A stretch of DNA of 64,000 nt from NCBI GenBank assembly GCA_963851265.1, contig CAWKNZ010000007.1, positions 224,001 to 288,000 on the forward strand. The letters are read 5' to 3'. Shown piece after piece: positions 18,554 through 28,349 of this stretch. The first letter of the stretch is position 1, and the number at the start of each line of letters is the position of its first letter. Under the pieces are notes generated by a model. It was not told where the DNA came from. It worked only from the letters and a program-made list of their open reading frames with translations, and made no database searches. Position numbers and translations under genes: made by a program. The stretch is from an uncultured Gemmatimonadales bacterium. Lineage in GTDB: Bacteria > Gemmatimonadota > Gemmatimonadetes > Gemmatimonadales > Gemmatimonadaceae.

Positions 18554-21500
18554 ATGGCAGTAGTTCGCGGCTTGTTCGGCGCAACCGTGGTCGGTGGTCT
18601 GATTTGGGCGACGCCCGCCCTCGCGCAGACCGGCACGATCACCGGCCGAGTCGTCGATTCGACCACGCAGCAGCCGCTGACCGGGGCGACCATCCGCCTC
18701 GACGGCACGCAGCGCGGGGCGCAGACTCGAGAAGACGGTACGTTCACGCTCACGGCGGTACCGGTTGGCCGGCAGCAACTGCGCGTTTCCCGCATCGGGT
18801 ACGCGGCCCAGCTGACGCCGATCACGGTGAGCGCTGGCGGCAATACCGTGCCGCCCGTCAGGTTGCGCCAGCTCGCCGCGACCCTCGCCCCCGTCGTCGC
18901 CGTGGGCTACGGCACGCAGCGCCGCGAGGCGGTGACCTCGTCGGTCTCGACCGTCAACACGTCGGAGGCTCGCGTCGGCGTGCAGCCGAACGTCAACGAC
19001 CTCATTCAGGGTCGCGCGGCCGGCGTGCAGGTCACGAGCAACAGCGGCGCGCCCGGAGCCGGCGCGCAGATCCGCATCCGCGGCGGCACCTCGATCTCGA
19101 CGAGCGACGAGCCGCTGTACGTGATCGACGGCATCCCGATCCTGAACAACCAGACGCTCCCTAACGGTTCGAGCAGCGACGGGAACTCGGGCGCGCTCGC
19201 GCGCAGCCCGCTCAACACGATCAACCCGGAAGACATCGCCGACATCTCGATCCTGAAGGACGCGTCGGCGACCGCGATCTACGGGAGCCGCGCGGCGAAC
19301 GGCGTCATCCTCATCACCACCAAGCGCGGCGTCGCCGGCTCGGCGACGGTGGAGTACGACGGGTACTACGCCGCGGGCACGCAGGCCCGGTCGTACGACC
19401 TGCTCTCGGGCGACCAGTACCGCTCGTTCGTCGCCTCGCAGGTCTCGGCCGGCAAGCTGCCGGCGAGTGCGAGTGCGGCGCTCGGCACCGCGAACACCGA
19501 CTGGCAGAGCGCGGTGCGCCGCACGGCCAATATCCAGAACCACAACGTCGCGTTCTCGGGCGGCTCGCAAGCGACGCAGTACCGCGCGTCGATCAACTAT
19601 TTCGACCAGCCGAGCATCATCCAGGGGAGCGCGCTCACGCGCCTCTCGGGGCGCCTCAACGGCAGCACGCGGCTGCTCGCCGACAAGCTGAACATCAACC
19701 TGAATCTGAACGCCTCGCAGGAAGGCGACCGCTTCCTCGTGGCGGAGAACACCGGCGGCTTCCTCGGCGGCGTGTTCCTCAATTCGGTGGTGTACAACCC
19801 GACCTACCCGGTGACGGTCACGACCCCGGTGAACGCGGGGTCGAACTACTTCGAGGTCGGGCCGGGCGCGCAGAACAACCGTAATCCGGTCGCGCTCGCC
19901 AACCAGCTGCAGGACCGCGGCACCGTCAATCGCGTGATCGGCAACCTGCAGACGACGTACGCGCTGCTGTCGAGCCTCACGGCGGCGGTGAACGTGGGCG
20001 TCGACCGCTCGAACGGCACGCGCGGCACGTTCTATCCCAACTCGAACCCGCTCGGCGCGCTCACCGGCGGCCAGGGCGAGCAGCAGAACCTGAATCTGCT
20101 GACGTCCACGATCAACTCGTACCTCACGTACGACAAGCAGTTCAACTCCGGGCCGTTCGGCGCGCAGACGTTCAACATCGTCGGCGGCTACGAGTACCAG
20201 AAGTCGAACATCTCGTACTTCGGTGCGATCACGCAGGGCTTCGTCACCGACGTCAACGGGTTCAACAACCTGGGCGGCGGCGGCGTCACCCCGGTGCCGC
20301 CGTTCTCGAGCGACACGAACCGCGTGACGGTCTCGTACTTCGCGCGCGCCAACTACGGCATCAAGGACCGGTACTTCTTCACGGCGCTCGTGCGCCGCGA
20401 CGGCGCCTCGGTGTTCGGCGCGAACAACAAGTACGCGACCTTCCCCGGCGGCTCGCTGTCGTGGCTCGCGAGCAACGAGCCGTGGTTCAAGAACAACGGC
20501 GTGTTCTCGAACCTCAAGTTCCGCACGAGCTACGGCGCCACCGGCAACCAGGCGATCAGCCCCTACCAGGCGCTGTCCCTGCTCAGCACCGACCCGGGCT
20601 CGCGGTACATCTTCGGCGGGACCACGACGACCGGCGTGCTGCCGTATCAGAACGCCAACCCGAACCTGAAGTGGCAGACGACCGTTCAGGTGGACGGCGG
20701 CATCGACTACGGCCTCTTCGGCAACCGCGTCACCGGCTCGCTCGACTACTACAACAAGATCACGCGCGACCTGCTGCTCGCCGTGACCGTGCCGCAGCCC
20801 GCGGTCGTCACGACGCAGCTGCAGAACATCGGGAAGGTCAAGAACGCGGGCTTCGAGGGCAGCATCGACGGGCAGGTCATCAACGCCCCGGGCAAGTCGC
20901 TCAGCCTCGGCCTCGTCTTCACGGCCGACCGCAACCGCGTCGTGAGCCTCGGCAACAGCGTGAGTCAGATCTTCACCGGCACCGCCAGCGGGCGCGGCCA
21001 GTCGTCGGTGAACACGCAGCTCATCACGGTGGGCCAGCCCCTCGGCACGTTCTACGGGCCGGTGTTCGCCGGGACCAACGCGGCGGGCGCCGAGCTGTTC
21101 AACCACTACGACGCGAACGGGAACGTCGTCGGGAAGGTGACCGGCGACCAGCTGAACGGCGGCACGGACAACCGCTTCCTCGGCAACGCGAACCCGAAGT
21201 TCACGGCCGGATTCCGCGGCCAGGGGAACCTCGGCCGGGCGTACATCAACTTCCTCGTGCGCGGCCAGTCGGGGAACAAGGTGTTCAACAACACCGCGCT
21301 CGTGTACGCGACGAAGGCGAACGCCACGCAGAACCAGAACTTCCTCGCCTCCGCGCTCAACGACAACGTCGACATCAGCCAGTCCAACCGCTACTCGTCG
21401 CGCTTCATCGAGGACGGCTCGTTCATCCGCCTGCAGAACGTGACGGTCGGCTACGACCTCAACGTGCGCAACGTGTTCAAGCGGCTGAGCAGCGCCCGGC

Positions 21501-21655
21501 TGTACGTCTCGGGCGACAACCTGCTGCTCGGGACGCACTACAGCGGCCTCGACCCGGAAGTGTTCACGAGCGCCGGCATCGCGTCGCGCGGCATCGACTA
21601 CCTCGCGTACCCGCGCGCGCGCACCTTCACGTTCGGCACGCGGCTGGGCCTCTGA
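18554..21655 (+). CDS. SusC/RagA-family TonB-dependent receptor
   Basis: RBS GGAGGG; signal peptide; VAVGYGTQRR, IRIRGGTSISTSDEPLYVIDG and ILKDASATAIYGSRAANGVILITTKRG motifs; ends YPRARTFTFGTRLGL. Confidence 0.95.
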   Translation: MAVVRGLFGATVVGGLIWATPALAQTGTITGRVVDSTTQQPLTGATIRLDGTQRGAQTREDGTFTLTAVPVGRQQLRVSRIGYAAQLTPITVSAGGNTVPPVRLRQLAATLAPVVAVGYGTQRREAVTSSVSTVNTSEARVGVQPNVNDLIQGRAAGVQVTSNSGAPGAGAQIRIRGGTSISTSDEPLYVIDGIPILNNQTLPNGSSSDGNSGALARSPLNTINPEDIADISILKDASATAIYGSRAANGVILITTKRGVAGSATVEYDGYYAAGTQARSYDLLSGDQYRSFVASQVSAGKLPASASAALGTANTDWQSAVRRTANIQNHNVAFSGGSQATQYRASINYFDQPSIIQGSALTRLSGRLNGSTRLLADKLNINLNLNASQEGDRFLVAENTGGFLGGVFLNSVVYNPTYPVTVTTPVNAGSNYFEVGPGAQNNRNPVALANQLQDRGTVNRVIGNLQTTYALLSSLTAAVNVGVDRSNGTRGTFYPNSNPLGALTGGQGEQQNLNLLTSTINSYLTYDKQFNSGPFGAQTFNIVGGYEYQKSNISYFGAITQGFVTDVNGFNNLGGGGVTPVPPFSSDTNRVTVSYFARANYGIKDRYFFTALVRRDGASVFGANNKYATFPGGSLSWLASNEPWFKNNGVFSNLKFRTSYGATGNQAISPYQALSLLSTDPGSRYIFGGTTTTGVLPYQNANPNLKWQTTVQVDGGIDYGLFGNRVTGSLDYYNKITRDLLLAVTVPQPAVVTTQLQNIGKVKNAGFEGSIDGQVINAPGKSLSLGLVFTADRNRVVSLGNSVSQIFTGTASGRGQSSVNTQLITVGQPLGTFYGPVFAGTNAAGAELFNHYDANGNVVGKVTGDQLNGGTDNRFLGNANPKFTAGFRGQGNLGRAYINFLVRGQSGNKVFNNTALVYATKANATQNQNFLASALNDNVDISQSNRYSSRFIEDGSFIRLQNVTVGYDLNVRNVFKRLSSARLYVSGDNLLLGTHYSGLDPEVFTSAGIASRGIDYLAYPRARTFTFGTRLGL

Positions 21656-21708
21656 GTATGATTCGCTTTCTCAATCGACGCTCCGTCCCGACCCCTTCCT
21701 TGCCGGCC

Positions 21709-23256
21709 ATGCAGACGCACCGTGCGCCCAACGCGCGCCGCCCCCGGGCGATCGTCGCCGCGCTGTTCCTCGCGCCGTCGCTCGCCGGGATCGGCGCCTG
21801 TCACGACCTCACCGAACAGCCGGCCAGCAGCTTCCAGCCGTCGCAGTTCTTCCAGAACGACGCGCAGGTGCAGGCCGCACTCGCGGGCGTGTACTCGGGA
21901 CTTCGCGCGACGCAGCAGAACTACTTCTACGTCACGCAGGTCAGCTCGGACGAGACGATCGTGCCGACCCGCGGCACCGACTGGCTCGACGGCGGGCAGT
22001 GGGTCGAACTCTGGCAGCACACGTACGGGCCGAGCTCGGGCGCGGGCAACCAGAACATCAACAACGCGTACAACGACATCTCGAGCGCGATCGCGAAGGC
22101 GAACGCGGTGATCCCGCTCCTGCCCGCGAACTCGGCGTCGACTCCGGCCGCGATCGCCGAGATCCGGGTGCTGCGCGCGTGGTCGTACTTCATGCTGCAG
22201 GACCTGTTCGGCGGCGTACCGCTCGTGACCGCGCCGGGCCTGGCGTCACAGCCGCGCGCCTCCCGCGATTCCGTCGCGCGCTTCATCGAGGCCGAGTTGA
22301 TCGCCTCCCGTCCGGCGCTGCCGGCCACGCGCGACGCGTCGGCCCAGGGCCGCGTGACCCAGGGAGCGGTCGACGCCATCCTCGCCAGCCTGTACCTGAA
22401 CTGGCCGATCTTCACGGGCACGCCGACCGCGAGCGGCATCACGCCGGGCCAGCCGCGGTACGCCGACGTCATCACGGTCACCGACCGGCTGATGAATTCG
22501 GGCGTGTACACGCTCGCGACCAACTGGCAGAGCAACTTCAACGCGGGCAACCAGCAGTCGACCGAGAACATCTTCGTCGTGCGCAACAAGGCGCAGTCGG
22601 GACTCGGCCTCGACCTGGTCAGCCGCGCGGTGCACTACAATTCGTTCTCGGGCCCGGGCGGCTACAACGGCTTCTCGACGATCGCGGACACGTACAACCA
22701 GTTCGACCCGACGGACTCGCGCCGCAGCATGTTCCTCGTCGGAAACCAGCTCACGCTCGACAGCAAGAAGCAGGCGACGCTGCGTGACGGAACGACGCCG
22801 CTGAACTTCACGCCGACGATCACCAGCATCAACGCGGCGGCGGAAAACGAAGGCATCCGGATGTACAAGTTCCAGTTCGATCCGGCGCACTTCAACGACC
22901 AGATGGGGAGCGATTTCACCATCTTCCGCCTCGGCGGCGTGATGCTCGATCGCGCGGAGGCGCTGTGGCAGCTCGGCCGCACGCCCGAGGCGCTCGCGCT
23001 CCTCAACCAGCTGCGCGCGCGCGTGTACTCGCCGCCGCAGCCGCTGACCGGCGCGATCAGCGCGAACGTCATGCTACACGAGCGGCTCAACGAGCTGATG
23101 TACGAGGCCAAGCGGCGTCAGGACATGATCCGCCTGGGCACGTACGACAACAGCCGCCAGTTCAAGACGCAGACGGCGGGCTTCCACGCGCTGTTCCCCA
23201 TCCCGACGGCCCAGATCCAGTCGAACCCGCTGCTGAAGCAGAATCCGGGGTACTGA
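21709..23256 (+). CDS. SusD/RagB nutrient-binding lipoprotein
   Basis: Lipobox GIGAC; PTRGTDWLDGG, LRAWSYF..DLFGGVPL, HERLNELMYEAKRRQDMIR and NPLLKQNPGY motifs; start may be 21658. Confidence 0.93.
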   Translation: MQTHRAPNARRPRAIVAALFLAPSLAGIGACHDLTEQPASSFQPSQFFQNDAQVQAALAGVYSGLRATQQNYFYVTQVSSDETIVPTRGTDWLDGGQWVELWQHTYGPSSGAGNQNINNAYNDISSAIAKANAVIPLLPANSASTPAAIAEIRVLRAWSYFMLQDLFGGVPLVTAPGLASQPRASRDSVARFIEAELIASRPALPATRDASAQGRVTQGAVDAILASLYLNWPIFTGTPTASGITPGQPRYADVITVTDRLMNSGVYTLATNWQSNFNAGNQQSTENIFVVRNKAQSGLGLDLVSRAVHYNSFSGPGGYNGFSTIADTYNQFDPTDSRRSMFLVGNQLTLDSKKQATLRDGTTPLNFTPTITSINAAAENEGIRMYKFQFDPAHFNDQMGSDFTIFRLGGVMLDRAEALWQLGRTPEALALLNQLRARVYSPPQPLTGAISANVMLHERLNELMYEAKRRQDMIRLGTYDNSRQFKTQTAGFHALFPIPTAQIQSNPLLKQNPGY

Positions 23257-23296
23257 TCGGGAGTGTTCGACGGCCGCCTCGGCGGCCGTACGCTGG

Positions 23297-23327
23297 AGCC
23301 TACTCCCGACTCGGGGGTAGGCTTTGT
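23297..23327 (+). terminator. Intrinsic terminator/attenuator after susD
   Basis: AGCCTACTCCCGA-C-TCGGGGGTAGGCT hairpin followed by TTGT. Confidence 0.55.
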
Positions 23328-23402
23328 CGTTGGTGAACCCCGTCGTTCCCCGCCGCCGTCCCGCACGCGCCCCCCTCCCCGCTGTTCCGTCCCACCGACC
23401 GG

Positions 23403-26400
23403 ATGTTCTCGACACGTCGTCTCGCCCGGCTCTCGCGCCGTGCCGCGGCCGCGCTCACTCTGGGCGGCGCGGCGCTGCACGCGGGCGCGTGCACCGGCGC
23501 ACGCGGGGCGACCGATCGCGGCACCGCCGCGACCGCCCGCACGGCCACGGCGCCCGCGACCGGGACGACGCTGTTCACGCGCATGCCGTCGAGCTTCACC
23601 GGAGTCGACTTCGTCAACCGCGTCACGGACACGCAGGAGCAGAACCCGTTCACGTACCGTAGCCAGTACCACGGCGGCGGCGTCGCGTTAGGCGATCTCA
23701 CCGGCGACGGGCTGCCCGAGATCGTGCTCACGTCGAACCAGGGCGGCACGCGCCTGTTCGTGAACGAGGGACATTTCCGCTTCCGCGACGTGACCGACGA
23801 AGCCGGGGTGCGCGGGAACGGGGCGTGGACGACCGGCGTCACCATCGCCGACGTCAACGGCGACGGCAGGCTCGACATCTACGTCTGCCACGCCGGGACT
23901 GACGCGTCGAAGCGGGCGAACGAGCTCTGGATCAACCAGGGCGTGGACGCGCACGGCGTGCCGCATTTCAAGGACGAGGCCGCGTCGTACGGCGTCGCCG
24001 ACCGCGGGTACGGCGAGCAGGCCGTGTTCTTCGACTACGACCGCGACGGCCGGCTCGATCTGCTGGTCGTGCGCAACTCGCCCAAGCCGGTCAAGAGCTT
24101 CGGGCTCCGCAACACGCGCGCCGTGCGCGACTCGTTAGGCGGCGCACGGTTGTACCACAACGACGGCGGCGCGGACCACCCGCACTTCACCGACGTGAGC
24201 GCGAAGGCGGGCATCTTCGGCCCCGAGAACGCGTACGGGCTCGGCGTCGTCGCAGCGGACGTGAACCGCGACGGCTGGCCCGACCTGTACGTCTCGCACG
24301 ACTACTACGAACGCGACTACCTGTACCTGAACAACGGCGACGGCACGTTCACCGAGGCGCAGGACAGGGCCATGACGGTGGACAGCTACTTCTCGATGGG
24401 GCTCGACGTCGCCGACCTCGACAACGACGGGTGGCCGGAGGTCTACACGACCGACATGCTGCCCGAGGGCGACGAGCGCCTCAAGACCGTCACGGCGTAC
24501 GAGGGGTGGGACGTCTACCAGGCCAAGGTGCGGATCGGCTACGGCTACCAGCTGATGCGCAACATGCTGCAGCACAACAACGGCGTCGGTCCGGCCGGTG
24601 CGGGGGCGGCCGGGCTCACGTTCGGCGACGTCGGCCAGATGGCGGGCGTGGCGCGCACCGACTGGAGCTGGGGCGCGCTCGTCGTCGACCTGGACCTCGA
24701 CGGGCTGAAGGACGTCTACGTGACCAACGGGGTGGCCAAGGACCAGACGAATCAGGACTTCATCGCCTACGCCGCCGACCAGGAAACGATGAAGGCGGTG
24801 ACCGCGAGCGGCAAGGTCGACTACATGATGCTCGTGGGCGCGATGCCGTCGGTGCCGGTCCCGAACTACGCGTTCCAGAACGTGACCGGCACGCGCGGGG
24901 ACGGCGGGCTCGCGTTCACGAACCGGGCGGCGGCGTGGGGGCTCGACACGCCGAGCTTCTCGAACGGGGCGGCGTACGCGGACCTCGACGGCGACGGCGC
25001 GCCCGACCTCGTCGTGAACAACGTCAACCAGGAAGCGTTCGTCTACCGCAACAACGCGCGCGCGCTGCTGCCCGAGAACCACTACCTGCAGGTGCGCCTC
25101 GACGGGGAGGGCGCGAACCGCTTCGGCGTCGGCGCGCGCGTCACGCTGCGGAGCGGCGCGCAGCAGTTCTACCAGGAACTCTCGCCGACCCGCGGCTACG
25201 AATCGAGTAGCGACTACCTCCTCACCTTCGGCGTGGGACCGCGCGCCGCGGTGGACTCCGTCACGGTCGAGTGGCCGGATGGGCGGTCGAACGTGCTGCG
25301 GGCCGTGGCGACGAACCAGCGGGTGACCGTCCGGCACGCGGACGCCGGGCCGGGTGCGCCAATCGTCCCGCCGGCGGTCGCGGCGGCCACCGCGGCGCGC
25401 CTCGCCGGCGCGCACGCGCTCGTCGCCGACGTGACCGACCAGGCGCGCCTGGGCTTCGTGCATCGCGAGAACGACTTCGTCGACTTCGACCGCGACCGGC
25501 TCATCCCGAAGATGCTCTCGACCGAGGGCCCCGCGCTCGCCGTCGCGGACGTGAACGGCGATGGACTCGACGACCTGTACTTCGGCGGCGCCAAGGACCA
25601 GCCGGGCGAGCTGCTGATCCAGCAGCCGAACGGCACGTTCGTGAAGAGCAACCCGGGGCTGTTCGAGCAGGACGCCGTGTCGGAGGACGTCGGCGCGGTG
25701 TTCTTCGACGCGAACGGCGACGGCCGGCCCGATCTCTACGTCGTGAGCGGCGGCAACGAGTTCGGCGAGAACGCGCCGGCGCTGCAGGATCGGCTCTACC
25801 TGAACGACGGCGCGGGCCACTTCCACAAGGCGCCGTACGGAAGCCTGCCGGCAGAGACGGAGGCCGGCTCGCGCGCGGTCGCGGCCGACTACGACGGGAA
25901 CGGCACGCAGGACCTGTTCGTCGGCGGCCGCGTCGTGCCGTGGAAGTACGGCGTCGCCCCGCGCAGCCTGCTGCTGCAGAATGACGGGCACGCGGCCACT
26001 TCACCGACGTCACCGACGGCTCGCGCCGGAGCTGGCGCACGTCGGCATGGTCACCGACGCCGCGTGGCGGGACGTGGACGGCGACGGGCGCCCGGACCTG
26101 GTGGTGGTGGGCGAGTGGATGCCGATCACGATCTTCCACAACGAGGGGGGCGGGCGGCTGCGGAAGTGGGTCGTGCCCGGACTGGCGAAGAGCCACGGGT
26201 GGTGGAACCGGATCGTCGCGGGCGACTTCACGGGCCACGGGCGCGTCGACTTCGTCGTCGGCAACCTCGGCCTCAACACGCGCCTGCGCGCGAGCGAGGC
26301 GGAGCCCGCGCAGATGTACGTGAAGGATTTCGACGGGAACGGGATCGTCGAGCAGATCGTGACGCAGTACAACGGTGGCGTCAGCTACCCGATCACGCTG

Positions 26401-26958
26401 CGCGACGACCTGATCAAGGCGCTGCCGTTCCTCAAGGCGCGCTACCCCGGGTACAAGCAGTACGCCAAGCAGCGGATCACCGACGTCTTCACGCCGAAGG
26501 AGTTGGAAGGCGCGACGGTGCAGACGGCTTACACGTTCGCGACGTCGCTCGTGCGCAACGACGGCGGGGGCCGCTTCACGGTGGTGCCGCTCCCGGCCGA
26601 GGCGCAGATCGCGCCGGTGTACGGCATGCTCGCGCGCGACCTCGACGGCGACGGCAAGGTCGACCTCATGCTGGCGGGCAACTTCGACGGCGTGAAGCCC
26701 GAGATCGGGCGCATGGCGGCGAGCTACGGGCTCGTGCTGCGCGGCGACGGGCAGGGCCACTTCGCACCGCTGCGCCCGGCCGAGAGCGGGCTGTTCGTGC
26801 CCGGACAGACGCGCGAGATCGCGGCCGCGCGTACGCGCGCGGGTGCGCTGCTCGTGATCGCGCGCAACAACGACCGGCCGATGCTCTTCCGGCCGACCGG
26901 CGGCCGGTCGTCGGCCGTCGTGGCGAGTGTTCGACCTCCGCACCCCGACCGGCGATGA
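23403..26958 (+). pseudogene. FG-GAP/VCBS-repeat, ASPIC/UnbV (CRTAC1-like) lipoprotein, frameshifted near 25990-26020
   Basis: Many DxxxDGxxD repeats and an ASPIC/UnbV segment. Homology to the paralogue at 28349 moves from the 23403 frame to the 25981 frame. The shift may be a real lesion or a sequencing error. Confidence 0.85.
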
Positions 26959-28349
26959 CAGTCCCGACGCCCCGCACCACTCCGATGCTCCGCGGCGCGA
27001 CCGCGGGCGTACTGCTCGTGCTCTCGCTCGCCGGCGGCTGCGGACGCGCCGACGCGCGTACGCACGCGAGCGACGCGGAGATGCTGAGTCACGCCATGGC
27101 CCAGCTGACCAACACCATCGTCTACGACATCTTCAGCCCGCCGCAGGCGAGCCGCGCGTACGCGTACGCGAGCATCGCGGCGTACGAGGCGTTGCGGCCG
27201 GGCCACCCGGAGTACCGCACGTTCGCCGGGCAGCTCAACGGACTCGACACGCTGCCGCGCCCGCAGGCCGGCAAGACGTACTCGTTCCCGCTCGCCGGCG
27301 TGCACGCGTTCCTCATCGTGGGCCGGCAGCTGACGTTCTCGCGCGCCCGCATGGATTCGGTGCGCGCCGCGTCGGACGAGGAGTTCCGCGCGTCGGGGAT
27401 GCCCGCCGACGTGTACGCGCGCTCGGTGGCGTACGGTGATACCGTCGCGGCGCGCATCCTCGCGTGGGCCGGCAGCGACCGCTACCTGCAGACGCGAGGC
27501 GCGCCGAAGTTCACGGTGACCAACGCGCCGGGCCGGTGGGTGCCGACGCCGCCGGCGTACATGGACGCGATCGAGCCCAACTGGGCGCGGCTGCGGCCGT
27601 TCGTGCTCGACTCCGCGAGCGAGTTCCGCCCCGCGCCGCCGGTCGCGTTCGACACGGCCAAGCCGAGCCCGTACATGCGCCAGGTGCGCGAGGTGTACGA
27701 CGTCGGGCGCGCGCTCACGGCCGAGCAGAAGGCGCTGACCGCGTTCTGGGACTGCAACCCGTACGTGATGCACGTTCAGGGGCACTCGATGTTCGCGACG
27801 AAGAAGATCACCCCGGGCGGACACTGGATGGGGATCGCCTACACGGCGGCCCGCAGCGCGCACGCCGACGCGATGCAGACGGCGGAGGCGTACGCGCGCA
27901 CCGCGATCGCCCTCGCCGACGGCTTCATTTCGAACTGGGACGAAAAATTCCGGAGCAACATGGTGCGCCCGGAGACGGTGATCGACACCTACGTGGACCC
28001 CGCGTGGGAGCCGTTCCTGCAGACGCCGCCGTTCCCGGAGTACACGAGCGGCCACAGCGTGATCTCGACGGCCGCCGCGGCGGTGCTCACCGATGAGTTC
28101 GGGCCGCACTTCGCGTTCGTCGACTCGACCGAAGTGCCCTACGGGCTCCCGGTCCGCCGGTTCACGTCGTTCGACGCGGCGGCGCGCGAGGCGGCGATCA
28201 GCCGGCTGTACGGCGGGATCCACTTCCGGCAGGCGACCGAGGAGGGGAGCATCCAGGGCGCGAAGGTGGGGGCGCTCGTGATCGCGCGGGTGCAGACGCG
28301 CATGCAGCCGCAGGCGAAGGCGCCGGTCGTGGCGCAGGCCGGGCGGTAG
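26955..28349 (+). CDS. Vanadium-dependent haloperoxidase / PAP2-superfamily lipoprotein
   Basis: ATGA overlap with the upstream gene; lipobox LAGGC; KFRSNMVRP, PPFPEYTSGHS and SRLYGGIHF vanadate/phosphate-binding motifs. Confidence 0.87.
   Translation: MTVPTPRTTPMLRGATAGVLLVLSLAGGCGRADARTHASDAEMLSHAMAQLTNTIVYDIFSPPQASRAYAYASIAAYEALRPGHPEYRTFAGQLNGLDTLPRPQAGKTYSFPLAGVHAFLIVGRQLTFSRARMDSVRAASDEEFRASGMPADVYARSVAYGDTVAARILAWAGSDRYLQTRGAPKFTVTNAPGRWVPTPPAYMDAIEPNWARLRPFVLDSASEFRPAPPVAFDTAKPSPYMRQVREVYDVGRALTAEQKALTAFWDCNPYVMHVQGHSMFATKKITPGGHWMGIAYTAARSAHADAMQTAEAYARTAIALADGFISNWDEKFRSNMVRPETVIDTYVDPAWEPFLQTPPFPEYTSGHSVISTAAAAVLTDEFGPHFAFVDSTEVPYGLPVRRFTSFDAAAREAAISRLYGGIHFRQATEEGSIQGAKVGALVIARVQTRMQPQAKAPVVAQAGR

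Noticed and set aside
23403..28349. 1648-aa FG-GAP-haloperoxidase fusion as a genuine evolved protein
   Set aside because: The middle ~320 aa are off-frame nonsense caused by indels near 25990-26020; the haloperoxidase has its own ATG and lipobox
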